A DNA stretch of 64,000 bases. It comes from Eledone cirrhosa (lineage: Eukaryota). The position numbers were made by a program, and so were the translations under genes. The notes beneath the pieces were generated by a model that was given only the letters and a program-made list of their open reading frames with translations, ran no database searches and was not told where the DNA came from. Shown here piece by piece: positions 27,119 to 41,618 of this stretch. The stretch is from contig OZ024749.1 in the NCBI GenBank assembly GCA_964016885.1, positions 23,498,001 through 23,562,000 of the forward strand, given 5' to 3'. Numbering within the stretch: position 1 is the stretch's first letter; the number at the start of each line of letters is the position of its first letter.

Positions 27119-28414
27119 CGAGGGGGATCAAATAGTTCGCGGAACTTTTCAGAAAATATTCTATTTTTCAAAAAATATGATTTACCTTCAATTTATTTTT
27201 CTACATAGTTGCCATCCAGGTCAATACAGTTCACAAAGCGATGCTTCCAACTCCGTCAGCCGTCTCTAAAGAAAGTTGAAGGCCTTGTTCGAAGCCATGT
27301 GTTGGCAGTGTTTCTAGCTTCTTCAACATGCACTAAAACGGGTTCCTTTTAGCATTTCTTTGGGTTTTGGAAAGAGGAAAAAGTCTGATGGGGCTAAATC
27401 TGGACTATAAGGCGGGTAAGGCAGCACTTCCCATCGAAATTCTCGAAGAACTTCTTTTGCAACCCGCGCAGAATGCGCTGGCAAATTGTCATGGTCAAAC
27501 AAGATCCCACCATGAAGTTTCCCTTTTCGTTTCTTGACTAATGCCTCTTTCAATTTCCTTAAAACATTTGCATAGTAAGCTCTTGTTACAGTTCTTTGAC
27601 CTTCAAGCTAATTTATTAGTATCACCCCCATCTGAATCCCAGAAAATGGTGGCCATCACTTTTTTATCCGACTTTTGAGATTTGAACTTGATTGGCCCCG
27701 ATGATCCACGTGGAGGCCACTATTTTGACTGCTGTTTGGATTCAGGATCATACTGGTAGATCCAGGTTTCATCTCCGGTGATGATTCTGATCAGAAAATG
27801 CTCTTCATCACCTTCAATTTTGTTTAATATCGCCAAAGACAGATCACTTCGAAGAATCAGCTGATCAGGGCGCAACGCTTTTGGGACCCATCGCACTGAA
27901 AGCTTGCTTAGTCCCAACTTATCGTGCAGAATTGAATTTGGCGAACCATATGAAATGTCTAGGGACTTAGTTAACTGATTAACTGTTATTCTTCGATCTT
28001 TTTCAATTAAAGTCAGAGCAGCCTCAACGTTTGGTCATTTTTTGATGTTCCTATTCTTCCACTGCGATGGTTGTCTTCAAGGTCATCTCTCCCTTGTTTG
28101 AATCGATGAATCCACTTGTAGACAGCAGTTTTCTTTGCTTTTAACTAAAGCCTCCATAATCTGTGTCCCTTTCCATTTGAGTTTCAACAGAAACTTGATA
28201 TTCGATCTTATCTCAAAATAACTATTTTCCATTGTTCCAAAAAGAGTTTTTTTTAAAGAGTGTCAGTACTGTACAATGGTCCGCGCATGACTGACTGCAA
28301 GTCACTGATAGCAAGGTAAACACCCAATGACAATGTTGTGACATGTTTAATATTGTTTTAACCTATCTTTTTCTTACTACGATACAATTCCGCGAACTTT
28401 TTTATACGCCCTCG
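27119..28414 (-). mobile_element. Mariner DNA transposon (DD34D), ~1.3 kb, TA target duplication
   Basis: Imperfect TIRs cgaggggg.tcaaatagttcgcggaa / ttccgcgaactttttatacgccctcg flanked by TA. Confidence 0.92.
27193..28232 (-). pseudogene. Mariner transposase, frameshifted (irritans/Hsmar2-like)
   Basis: WVPKAL, TGDETWIYQYDPE, HDN, YSPDLAPSDFFLFP, C-terminal DGNYVEK. Confidence 0.92.
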
Positions 28415-28436
28415 TATATATATATATATACATATT

Positions 28437-28537
<101 letters not shown>

Positions 28538-28786
28538 CTATGTATAAATTTATATATATATATATAAATTCATACATAGATATGTATCTAAATATGCATA
28601 TATATATATATGTATGTATGTATGTATATATATATGTAAATATATATATGTATATTTAGATATATATGTATAAATTTATGTATATATAAATGTTTTTACA
28701 TAGATACACACACACACAAACATAAGATCCCGTTAAGGGTGAAAGCAGCGATTCTTTGCTTAAACTTTAATCTGTTATTTTACTAA

Positions 28787-28836
<50 letters not shown>

Positions 28837-28959
28837 ATCCATGTAAAAACATTTATATATACATAAATGTATACATATATATCTAAATATACATATATAT
28901 ATTTATATATATATATATACATACATATATATATATATATATATTTCAAAACATACTTA

Positions 28960-29038
<79 letters not shown>

Positions 29039-29109
29039 AAATATACATATATATATTTATATATATATATACATACATACATATATATATATATTTCAAA
29101 ACATACTTA

Positions 29110-29152
<43 letters not shown>

Positions 29153-29536
29153 ATATGTAGGTAACAGCGTTAGATGGTGATATGAACTGATGACGCAATG
29201 ACAGTACGCCTGCTTACATAATGATAAGATGGTAAGAATATTAATAACGATTATAAATATAAAAATATGCTATGAAGACAATAGCAAAAATAATAATAAT
29301 ACTGAGAATATTTTTTGGAATATAGGCGAGTAATGTTTAAAGAAAATAAGGTGAGGAATACGATAAGGAATTGAAACGGAGTGAAATAATTTAGTTTTCT
29401 GTAACGTTTCAGTGAAGCACAATTTCTACATAGACATACTGGAATCGGAGAATTAAATAGTGATGTACACGGCCGGGAACTCACACTTATATGTATGTAT
29501 GTATCTATCTGTCTATCCATCTCTCTCCTCCCTCAC

Positions 29537-29605
<69 letters not shown>

Positions 29606-29722
29606 AACACACACAGACTCCCATATGTAACACATGCGTAAACTAAGAACACACCACACACAAAAACAAGAAGGCGTAGGGCAGAACAAAGGAGAGGCAC
29701 AACACAAAGAAAAGAATCCCCA

Positions 29723-29765
29723 GTCACTGAAGAGGTCACAGCATGTTTGACGAAAGCACTTTGAC
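29723..29765 (+). ncRNA. Minimal type I hammerhead, family F (repeat ~29600-30120)
   Basis: gtca-CTGAAGA-ggtca(cagcatgtt)tgac-GAAA-gcac-TT-tgac. Confidence 0.7.
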
Positions 29766-29993
29766 AATATATGAACAACCATCCGGTTGTGGAACCAACC
29801 AACCAACCGGAAAAAATTTATATAATTTATAAATTTCATATTTATAAAATTTATAAAATTTATAATAAATTTAAGTGAATGCATCTGGTGCGTGTCTTTC
29901 TTATTAGCAACATGACCCTCCCAAAGTATAACACTATCGGTTTCAACACACGTTTTCAGATAAAGAACCTTGCTAAACAAATTCAGAAACGAA

Positions 29994-30024
<31 letters not shown>

Positions 30025-30271
30025 GGCCCATATTGTTGTAATATGACCCTCCCCAAGTATAACAATATTTGTTTCGACACACGATTTCATATCAAAAACC
30101 TCGCAAAACAAATTCATCACCGTTGTATATATATGTATATATAGACACTTTATTTCACGTTGTTCCTTCTACCTGGAGTTGCGACCGATAGATAGTATTA
30201 GCAATTGGAAAGACCGACGGAATCACTGTTTCCTCCGTCCGATTTGAAGAAAGTCGATCGTTAAAAAAATG

Positions 30272-30308
<37 letters not shown>

Positions 30309-30346
30309 TACACATATATATATGTGTATATATATATGTATATATG

Positions 30347-30381
<35 letters not shown>

Positions 30382-30420
30382 CAATATCTATATATACCTA
30401 TATATATATCCATATGTATA

Positions 30421-30615
30421 TTTAATATAAAAATGGCTTCTACAGGATTAGAACTACTTCATTCCGAGGAAATTATCAGGTAAATTTTCCTCATGATTTG
30501 CGCGGAATGAAACAGTTCTAGTCCTGTAGAAGCCATTTCTATATTAAATATATTTAATCTGATATGTATTGAGTACCTTACTTACTGTGGTTACCCCCGA
30601 TTGAACCTAGGATAA
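30421..30615. mobile_element. Fold-back fragment of HHR family G with two degenerate hammerheads
   Basis: Inverted arms; plus arm CTCATGA..GAAA-cagttctagtcctg-TA-gaag matches the intact motif at 62301. Confidence 0.6.
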
Positions 30616-30651
30616 ATATATATATATATATACATATATATATACATATAC

Positions 30652-30726
<75 letters not shown>

Positions 30727-31330
30727 CGTGTGCGCGTGTGTGCGTGTGTGTGTGTGCGTGCGAGTATACATCCCGATGGGCTGCCTCGGGCTTTTGTAGC
30801 CTCAGTACCCCCACCCAGTAAATTATATATAGCATTGGACGAAAACGCAATACCAACTAATTATAGCAACTGTTTTAGACCTTAGAGATTTTGCATTACT
30901 TTTAACTATCCAATTCTATAATTTTATATAATTTTTATTTATTTAATATCTTCTAATCTTCAATTATTAACTTATTCTATAGGATTGGTCGAAAATGCAA
31001 TACCAATTAACTATGGCAGCTGTTTAGACTCTAGAGATTTTTTAAATTTCTTACTATCCAATTTTATATTTTTATATATTTTTATTTATTTATCTTCTAA
31101 TCCCAATTTATTAAGCAGAATCTTTTTTCGCCTGCTTCCTATCTAGGCTACTTTCATACACAATCCTTAGAATTTGCTGTATATAATTCACTTTCAACGC
31201 TTAACCGGCTCCACCCACTCCCTCATTGTTCTACAGGCAAGTTCAGCCACCCACTGCCATGAAAGACAATGGTGTTTACTAGAAATTCTAACCAATCCTC
31301 TTGACCGCTACAATCTTCAGATATAAGGAA

Positions 31331-31430
31331 TTACCCTCTGAAAAGTTCGGCTATTTATTTACCACGCTAAAAATCCTAATTTAGTCCAGGAATAACCGTC
31401 AAAACGGCTTGAGCTCTGTCGTCGGAGTCA
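31331..31430 (+). ncRNA. Degenerate full-length hammerhead of family C
   Basis: ttaccct-CTGAAAA-gttcggctattt...gaataaccgtc-AAAA-cggc..gtcg-TC-ggagtca; core mutated at G8 and G12. Confidence 0.55.
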
Positions 31431-32041
31431 TACATTTTCCTATTACCCACTCTACTACACTAAGTATTGAGTACTCTCGTGCGTTATGGTCCATCTGGTT
31501 CGTTGTTTTGAATATCTATTTGATATTCAAAACAACAAACAGCGGAGGACACGTTTCGCACCGTTCCGACAGACCCCCCCCCCTCCGAGTTGATGGATGT
31601 GAATCCGAAATATATAGGGACAATTAAATCTCTCCCAAGGTAACTCTATCTCGTCTTATTATTTTTATTTTTTACGCTCTTTCCTACGTTCTTCTACACA
31701 CTATACATCTCAATCTACATTCACTTAAATCTCTCTCTCCACCACCGGATCTTGTTACCCGGAGATTTAGCCATCTGCATTGTTGAGACTTCCAAAACGA
31801 CCTAAAGAAATATACCTTATTATTCCACAATGCTTCAAGCAAACTTCAATACTCTCATATATATATATGTATAACCAACTTTTCAATATCTTATTAATTT
31901 GAATTTGAGACACCCGTTTATGTGTGTTGTATAGAAGCGAATAACTATGTGTGTATTCTGGGAATGTATCTTACATTGCATATTGAGTACGCTGAGATAC
32001 AACCGGTCCTGGCATTGATAAATATGCTGGTCGGTCAATTC

Positions 32042-32174
<133 letters not shown>

Positions 32175-32544
32175 TATATATATATTTATATATATATTTA
32201 TATATAGAAAAATATTTATACTTGCATGTATATATATTCCCATCTCTCTCGTTATATATAATACATATGTGAAATAGACTGAGAGGCACGTCATTATCAA
32301 TTCTACGTAGATAGGTATCTACTTTATAGGACGTAGGAAATACAGTCATGCGAATATGTTATATAGTGACCATCATGGATGTGATATAGATACGAATCAA
32401 AACAGGTTATTTATGGTAAACATATATCAAATTTCAGGTCAGTTTCCTCGCTTGTCCATCATTACTTATCTCTTAGCTTTAGATTACCTCCAGACTATGT
32501 AGACATGGTTTTATGCATAACCTTATCTATTTATTTATCTATTA

Positions 32545-32604
<60 letters not shown>

Positions 32605-32720
32605 ATGTATATGCGAGTATCATTTCTTCGTTTCTAATGAATACAGAGACGTGGTACGCAAAATTGTTCAGATACAAAAATCGATTATGTATTTCCGCAC
32701 TGAATAAAATATATATATAT

Positions 32721-33247
32721 ATTGGTAAACGGAAAAGAAAATGCTGACAAATTGTTCACAGTGAAAAATAGTTTAATTAGGAATAAGTGAGAATTAGTAA
32801 TAGTATTGGTTAGTATTCAGTTTTGGTCTTAAGTTTTACCGGTTGCGCATTTCTAATGCTTTTAAAAATAATTTGGAGATAGAGCGTCGGTGATGTTTGC
32901 TCTAATCTGATTAGTTTTGGAAATTCTACCTGTTTTTATGTGAAAAAAGTGGCTCAAGCGGTATTAAAATAAGTTTCGCGCCAAATCATGTTGCAAAAAT
33001 TCTTGTGGTCAAAACAATTTTGATTGGTCGGTAGAGGTCATGTGAATGTTAAAAATTGATTTTGCCCCAAATGTAGGTTTCTGTCGGTTGATTGAGAAGT
33101 CACTGACAAATAAGTCTTTCAAAACAAATATGTGTGTGTGTGTGTGTGTATAGTAGTAGTAAAGAGGTTTGTTGTTGTGATAATGGTCAACAGGGATGTG
33201 TGTGCGAACCGCAGCCTGTTGACAGTTCAAATGCCAATTAAGACAAA

Positions 33248-33278
<31 letters not shown>

Positions 33279-33689
33279 CTCTTTGTATGTTAATCTACGC
33301 GTGTGTATGTTTGTGTGTATATATATATGTGTGTGTGTGTGAGAATGTGTGTGTGTGTGAGTGCAATGTACAATCTGGACACTCACACACACCTTGGTAT
33401 TATGCCAATACTATAAATCATTTCACACCTTTTATTATTAAGGATTTTGATGTTCTATTGAGAGAATCGTTTTTACTGAAAATACACACACACACTTGTC
33501 TTAATAGAGCAAACATCACGGACGCTCTATATCAAAATTATTTTTGAAAAGCATTAGAAATGCGCAACCGGTAAAACTTAAAACCGAAACTGAATACTAA
33601 CCAATACTATTACTAATTCTCACTTATTCCTAATTAAACTATTTTTCACTGTGAACAATTTGTCAGCATTTTCTTTCCGTTTACCAATT
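32721..33689. repeat. Fold-back element with ~185-bp inverted arms (32721-32905 / 33505-33689) in (TA)n
   Basis: attggtaaacggaaaagaaaatgctgac... vs ...gtcagcattttctttccgtttaccaat. Confidence 0.85.
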
Positions 33690-33722
33690 GATCATAACTT
33701 GTGTGTTACACCTCTATTCTTT

Positions 33723-33872
<150 letters not shown>

Positions 33873-34823
33873 GATAAATAAATAGATAAATAGATAAATA
33901 AATAGATAAGTTTATGCATGAAACCATGTCTTCATAGTCTGTAGGAATACTTAAAATGAATATATAACAGAACATCATGTAAGAGCTACAACTGGTGAAC
34001 AAGGAATGATAGGATGTACCTGCCTTAGTTAGAAATAGGAAACTCTAGAGTGCCCTGACTAATTCATGTATCTCAAAACGTATTTTCATCTTGAGAGAAA
34101 ATATATTGCTGGCCCAGATTTTGTTTTAATGGTTAACTTAAATCTCTCTTAATACTTAAATTAAATAAAAAAACATTTTGAACGCCCGTGGCATAATGGT
34201 TAGGGTGTGAAACTCACGGATATAAAACTGTGGGTTCAGATTCTGGGCAAAAGGTCTAAATTTGTTTTTGAATTATTAAATTTAAAAGCTAAATATGAAG
34301 GAGTAATGCTAGGGATGTGAAATCGTGCATTTATTAGTTTTCAATCTTCTTATTAATAGCTGCATTTTTACTTTCCACGGACTCTGGTGAAAAATAAACC
34401 TCAATTAGCTATTCCACGAGGGTATCTTAATAAGCCTTAGAATTTCACAGCCTATGATCTTTTCAGCCGACCCTTGCACTTCACCTTTCCCTTGACATTT
34501 GAGGGTTATCGCTACATTGTGCTGCATAACTTGGAAAAATATGCAATTGTGTAATAAACGCAGTACCGATGAGCAATGTAACATAATATTTCTTTTAATA
34601 TAACCCAACGCAGTTGAAAGGGATAAATCTTTGACACCAAAATATTCAATATGCTGTGCATGTATATGAAGAGAAGTTATTTATCAGATTGTAGGCGTAG
34701 GGAAATTTGTAATCGATAGTTTTACTTCAATATAGATGCACGCAATAGCTTTAAATGCACTCTGTTACATGGTGAGGTCAATGAATTCATATTTTAATTA
34801 CTATAATTTATTTTTACACACAC

Positions 34824-34865
<42 letters not shown>

Positions 34866-35452
34866 GTATATATATATACATCTATATATATATAAGTATG
34901 CATGTATGCATGTATGTTTGCGTGTATGTATGTATCTATGTAGGTATTTATGTTTGTATGTAACTTTTTATGTAAGTATATATGTGGGTATGTATGTGAG
35001 TATATATGTATGTATGTATACCTGTATATATGTATATGTATATATGTATGTATGCATGTATCTATGTATATATGTATGTATGTATCTATATATCAATGTA
35101 TGTAAACATGCATCTATGCATGGGTAGTAGGAAATATTAAAGAGAGGTTTTTTTTTTTAAATGTTTATGGTATATTTATTAGTTGGCAGTCTGTTCTGAA
35201 ACTGGGTGCTTCAGGGAACGTATAATTATTTAAATTATCTGCCGATACTAAACATACGTATGTTTGCAAATATATCCAACCCTCACCCCATAAATATATA
35301 TATAATTTCAGCGAGATCGCATTTAGGCTGTGGTCAAAAACAAATCGAAACGCAATTTTCGAGTTATACATATACATATATATTGTGACACAAAAACAAG
35401 ATGTCGTAGGGAAGAACAAAGGAGAGGCACAAAACAAAGAAAATAATCCCCA

Positions 35453-35495
35453 GTCACTGAAGAGGTCACAGAATGTGTAACGAAAGCACTTTGAC
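35453..35495 (+). ncRNA. Minimal type I hammerhead, family F (repeat ~35385-35650)
   Basis: gtca-CTGAAGA-ggtcacagaatgtgtaac-GAAA-gcac-TT-tgac. Confidence 0.65.
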
Positions 35496-35699
35496 AATAT
35501 ATGAACAACCGTCCGGTTGTGGAACCAACCAACCAACCGGTAATTTATAAACTTTTTTAAATTTATAATTACATTTATAATAAATTGGAGTAAACGCAGC
35601 TAGTGCGTGTGTTTCTTATTGGCAACATAACCCTCCGAAAGTGTAACAACATATATATATATATACATATACATATATATACTTATATATATATTTATT

Positions 35700-35737
<38 letters not shown>

Positions 35738-36164
35738 TTAAAATAACAGATTAAGGTTTAAGCAAAGAATCGCTGCTTTCACCCTTAATATGTTATTTTA
35801 ATAAATATTTGCTCTACTGTTCTCATATATCTGATATATATTTACCTTATCGAGCCCTCTTTGGATCTTAGTCTTCAAATTTATTATTATTACTCTATAT
35901 ATATGAATATGTCAGTTATGTTTTTTTTAATTGTGGAGCTTTCAACGGTGACCATTAAGATATTTTGTTAAAAACTTAACATCCTATACCACGTGAAACA
36001 GCATTCTTAAAAACTACAAATCACACACCACAGTTGTATTAGCCTCACGAACGGAGGCTTTAATACGAATTTTCACAATAAATATTTGAATTACACAATT
36101 TAAAATATTTTAAATTAATTATTAGAGGATATTAAAAGTTATATTATAAATGCATACACACACC

Positions 36165-36198
<34 letters not shown>

Positions 36199-36253
36199 TA
36201 CATATATGTCTATATATAAATATATATAAATAAATATATATTTGTATATATAC

Positions 36254-36336
<83 letters not shown>

Positions 36337-36340
<4 letters not shown>

Positions 36341-37213
36341 GAAACACACAGATACATGCGGACACACACATATATACATGAATGCATCCGCACCCAACTG
36401 TGAGTTAAGGGTGCCAACTTCACCGATGTTGCTCAATGAATGACTGGGACAGATCAATTCAGTTTGAACTAGACTGAACCAGTATCAGAGTTAAAAATAC
36501 ATTATGAAGAGAGAAGAAACATTTATATATAATTAGTAATAAAATGTATCATACCTAAACTGCTCCTAAATTCCTCGACTACGTAGTTTCGTGGCATAAA
36601 CAAAAACAATATATCAAAGATATAGAGTCCTTGCGAGGTCTGCCGACTTATCAAGAGGATACCTCATTTTACTAGTCTCAAGAACGCGTCTACACGACGT
36701 GAGAAAGAATCCCAAAAGGCGGAGGGGGAGATAGTCACGCGATATAATGGTCGAGAAACAGAGCTAAGCCTCTTATAACCACGAAGAAAATACCACGGAG
36801 GCGGAGGGGGTATTCATATCGAGGCCGCAGAAGAGGTAGTGAAGAAGGCGAGAAGTATGAGTAATGGAAGCTTTCCAGTTGTCCCCACACCTCAAAGATT
36901 GCTCGACCAGAGGGAGTTATTAACAATATATTTAGAAACACACAGATACATGCGGACACACACATATATACATGAATGCATCCGCACCCAACTGTGAGTT
37001 AAGGGTGCCAACTTCACCGATGTTGCTGAATGAATGACTGGGACAGACCAATTCAGTTTGAACTAGACTGAACTAGACCGCGCAAGGACTCTATATCTTT
37101 GATATATTGTTTTTGTTTATGCCACGAAACTACGTAGTCGAGGAATTTAGGAGCAGTTTAGGTATGATACATTTTATTACTAATTATATCTAAATGTTTC
37201 TTCTCTCTTCATA

Positions 37214-37218
<5 letters not shown>
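36337..37218 (-). mobile_element. Retrozyme-like family E: 594-bp monomer plus partial direct repeat and inverted terminal copy
   Basis: Direct repeat with period 594 (36337/36931); 37080-37218 is the reverse complement of ~36497-36636. Confidence 0.75.
36572..36659 (-). ncRNA. Type I hammerhead with U3-A8 core variant, family E
   Basis: tcctc-TTGATAA-gtcggca...tgccac-GAAA-ctacgtag-TC-gagga. Confidence 0.78.
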
Positions 37219-37262
<44 letters not shown>

Positions 37263-37391
37263 CAAAGAGATATTTAATTTGTTGGTTATTCGACAAATTT
37301 ATTTATAACAGATTCGAAGCACTCTACAGTGGTTCTGGAGTATAATATCAATGATATTAATAAATGGAAACTATATTAAGAAAACCATATT

Positions 37392-37452
37392 TATTTTATT
37401 ATATATATTTCAAGGGTACCACAATTTTGATACGCACTCATCAGATAAAATA
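37392..37452 (-). ncRNA. Type I hammerhead in a solo pLTR fragment related to the 1389-6872 PLE
   Basis: tattttat-CTGATGA-gtgcgtatca..tggtaccctt-GAAA-tatata-TA-ataaaata; flanks homologous to 1395-1500. Confidence 0.75.
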
Positions 37453-37467
37453 CAAAATTTGTTTTAT

Positions 37468-37803
<336 letters not shown>

Positions 37804-39141
37804 ACTTATGACAGGCGAGTAAGCATATATTTATTTATAGGTACTCAGAGTCTCATGACACTATCCTATTAATCGTAAAACCATCATATATCCTTATCAC
37901 CTACAAAAACATATACCTGCTTGGCACGTCTTTTATGTTATACAATTCATATATTTGATTATATATGAAAGGTTTATTCTTCCAGAATTACTATTCATGC
38001 GCAATTTACAATATGCATGTGTGAATGTATACTTAATTGCCATTTGTAGTAGAGATTCACAGTTGAAAGTGTATATAGCTTTGCCTCATCAATATATGTC
38101 GCTACATATACTCCTTAACTTCTTTCCCCTTTATTTTTATTACCATAAAAATACATTTGGTGAATTTAATTCAATTATTCCTCTCTTGTGACGTGTCTAC
38201 TGAAATTTCAGCTTGACACCAAATGAATGATTTTAAAATAAATATTTTTTATAAATTACCAAAAATGAAATTACACAGTTTTTATGCCATGGTAAGTCAT
38301 AAATATAAAAGTTTAGTGTTTCGTTCAGAGATTCTAGAAACAAAAATCTATCTACATTTAAATATATAATAAATAAAATATACTTACACTTATATTTCTT
38401 CATATTTCTTACCATCACTACTACCAGCAGTAACACATACACAAAACACAAACACAACTAGCAACGGCAACAAAAAACATAATGCAAAAAAAAAACCGAA
38501 TAAAGCATCAAACAACATAAACATCAACAACAACAATGGCACCTAACAAATATGAAGAAAAGTCTAATATATCTAAAGTAGTTATAACTCTTTCTATACG
38601 TATGAAATAGTAAAACATAATTGGCTTTGACATTTATTTTAAAAAGTAAAGACGGCGACGAAAGACAAATCACAATTTTATTCTATATTTTCTGACTTGG
38701 AAGTGTGAACTAAAAGTGTCTTGTAATAATTTCTTTTATTTGTGTCAAGCAAATATCATAAAGAAAAATTGGTGGCGTGTCTAGTGTACAATCTCTCTTG
38801 TGTATATATAACTACGCCTATCTAGAGTCTGGTTTCAAATCCCATTGTTCGTTCCGAAATATACATTATTGAAACACAGGCAATGTTTCTATATACACAC
38901 AGGCAATGTTTCTATATACACACACGCGCCCGCACACATATACGCACACACACACATAGTTAGATAGAAACGCAAACCGATACAGATCGAACCTTGAGGT
39001 GATCAATAGCGAAACGTGCGCCACCAATCAATAAACGCAATGAAGGCTTAACGAGTCGTCCCTGTATTATAAATATATATATATATGTGTGTGTGGGTGT
39101 GTGGGTGTGTGTGTGTGTGGGTGTATGTGTGTGTGTGTGTG

Positions 39142-39190
<49 letters not shown>

Positions 39191-39389
39191 TTGTGTGTAT
39201 GTGTGTGTGTGTTGTTATATTTGGGGAGAGTCTTATTGCTATAACATTGTCAGAAATATATAATAAAACACACTCACTGTTTGGTTCGAATTGGTCTTCA
39301 CTCATGTATATTGTATATCCCTATTGTTAATTTAGCTGGCAATCATTGTTTATCATTCATTGACCGATAGTTAAAAATATAGAAATATT

Positions 39390-39420
<31 letters not shown>

Positions 39421-39460
39421 ACAAAATTCTTTCATGACACACCTGTGACATCATCAGTGG

Positions 39461-39551
<91 letters not shown>

Positions 39552-39692
39552 AAATATATACACACATATATACACAAACATAATTTGCTGTCGCTGGTAT
39601 ATTCCTATGGGAAGAAACAACCGTCAATGATTAAATGTGTTGACATGTTAATCTTCGTTTATAAGCATATTGTAACTATATAGAAATATGTG

Positions 39693-39723
<31 letters not shown>

Positions 39724-39850
39724 GAATGTATATATAATGTATTTTGCAATACACTTTATGCTTAATTAAAAGCATTTTGAAGACCGTATGCTATTGTTTT
39801 AGAGTAGTGACCAACTCACTTACTTTAATCTAGGCAAACAAGGGGAGATA

Positions 39851-39895
39851 AGCCGACAAGGCCTTGTTTCGCATTTATTGATGCTTATCAAGGCT
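39851..39895 (-). ncRNA. Hammerhead (U3-A8), family D inverted copy
   Basis: agcc-TTGATAA-gcat(caataa)atgc-GAAA-caaggccttg-TC-ggct; perfectly palindromic stem III. Confidence 0.8.
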
Positions 39896-40223
39896 AACTA
39901 CTCCCTCCTGTCTACTGAGATCACTGATGTTATATTCTTATAGAATTCTAGTAAATAATCAGGAACTGATTATACAGAGCCGTTGCCGGTCACTACTCTA
40001 AACCAATAGCATACGGTCTTCAAAATGCTTTTAATTAAGCATAAAGTGTATTGCAAAATACATTATATATACATTCATATATATATTGCTATTTCAGAGC
40101 TTCAATTCTAATTTTTTATTTCTGCCTGACTGGCAACCGCTCTGTATAATCAGTTCCTGATTATTTACTAGAATTCTATAAGAATATAACATCAGTGATC
40201 TCAGTAGACAGGAGGGAGTAGTT

Positions 40224-40268
40224 AGCCTTGATAAGCATCAATAAATGCGAAACAATGCCTTGTCGGCT
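40224..40268 (+). ncRNA. Hammerhead (U3-A8), family D monomer 1
   Basis: agcc-TTGATAA-gcat(caataa)atgc-GAAA-caa(tgcc)ttg-TC-ggct. Confidence 0.8.
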
Positions 40269-40541
40269 TCTCTCCCCTTGTTTGTGAGATTAAAGTAAGT
40301 GAGTTTGTCACTACTCTAAAACAATAGCATACGGTCTTCAAAATGCTTTTAATTAAGCATAAAGTGTATTGCAAAATACATTATATATACATTCATATAT
40401 ATATTGCTATTTCAGAGCTTCAATTCTAATTTTTTATTTCTGCCTGACTGGCAACCGCTCTGTATAATCAGTTCCTGATTATTTACTAGAATTCTATAAG
40501 AATATAACATTAGTGATCTCAGTAGACAGGAGGGAGTAGTT

Positions 40542-40586
40542 AGCCTTGATAAGCATCAATAAATGCGAAACAATGCCTTGTCGGCT
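40542..40586 (+). ncRNA. Hammerhead (U3-A8), family D monomer 2
   Basis: Same motif +318 bp. Confidence 0.8.
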
Positions 40587-40859
40587 TCTCTCCCCTTGTT
40601 TGTGAGATTAAAGTAAGTGAGTTTGTCACTACTCTAAAACAATAGCATACGGTCTTCAAAATGCTTTTAATTAAGCATAAAGTGTATTGCAAAATACATT
40701 ATATATACATTCATATATATATTGCTATTTCAGAGCTTCAATTCTAATTTTTTATTTCTGCCTGACTGGCAACCGCTCTGTATAATCAGTTCCTGATTAT
40801 TTACTAGAATTCTATAAGAATATAACATCAGTGATCTCAGTAGACAGGAGGGAGTAGTT

Positions 40860-40904
40860 AGCCTTGATAAGCATCAATAAATGCGAAACAATGCCTTGTC
40901 GGCT
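40860..40904 (+). ncRNA. Hammerhead (U3-A8), family D monomer 3
   Basis: Same motif +636 bp. Confidence 0.8.
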
Positions 40905-41418
40905 TCTCTCCCCTTGTTTGTGAGATTAAAGTAAGTGAGTTTGTCACTACTCTAAAACAATAGCATACGGTCTTCAAAATGCTTTTAATTAAGCATAAAG
41001 TGTATTGCAAAATACATTATATATACATTCATATATATATTGCTATTTCAGAACTCCAATTCTAATATATATATATATATGTATATACATATATACGTAT
41101 ATATATATGTGGATATATACATGCATATACGTATATATGTGGTGTGTCTATGTGCATTTGTGTATGTGTATATATATATATACAAATGTTTGCGTACCTA
41201 CGGATGCAACATAATTCGGTGCCTCTTCAGTGTTGTATCCTAAAGTCACTACCAATTTCGGGTTGATGAGAAAGTGTCTGTCCATTTGGCCTATATACTC
41301 ATGATCCCATCTCAATACCCTCACTGCTACTTCCGTATCGTTCTTGATGTCTCCCCTCCTGTTTACAGCAATGACATCCAGCGATCATTATGTTTTGGTA
41401 AGAAAATACGCTTTAGAA

Positions 41419-41618
41419 CAGGCATATCAAACTGAGGGTCCTCTGAGGTCTACGTGGGTCACATATGTGTTGTCTGAGGGCCACACATGACAACTAATTG
41501 CGCACATTACAACTTATTATTTTATTTTATATTACGAAGATAAAACATGCTCGCGTTGTAAAAACCTTTGTGCGGGCCGCAGGTGTGCTTGTAAAGGGCC
41601 GCATGTTTGACATGCCTG
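41419..41618. mobile_element. 200-bp hAT (Charlie/Buster-like) MITE
   Basis: TIRs caggcatatcaaac / gtttgacatgcctg; 8-bp TSD ctttagaa on both sides. Confidence 0.88.

Larger units (their letters stand above)
39720..41065 (+). mobile_element. Retrozyme-like family D: ~3.3 tandem 318-bp monomers preceded by an inverted partial copy
   Basis: Unit starts 39991, 40309, 40627, 40945; inverted copy ~39720-39985; one HHR per unit. Confidence 0.88.

Noticed and set aside
29180-29420. CTGATGAcgcaatg as a hammerhead core
   Set aside because: No matching stem II arm, GAAA or stem I partner found downstream
34184-34250. tRNA gene
   Set aside because: Only A/B-box-like remnants and no closing acceptor stem; more likely a SINE head
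38985-39040. gcGAAAcgtgcg motif as a hammerhead
   Set aside because: Core and cleavage triplet too degenerate to build
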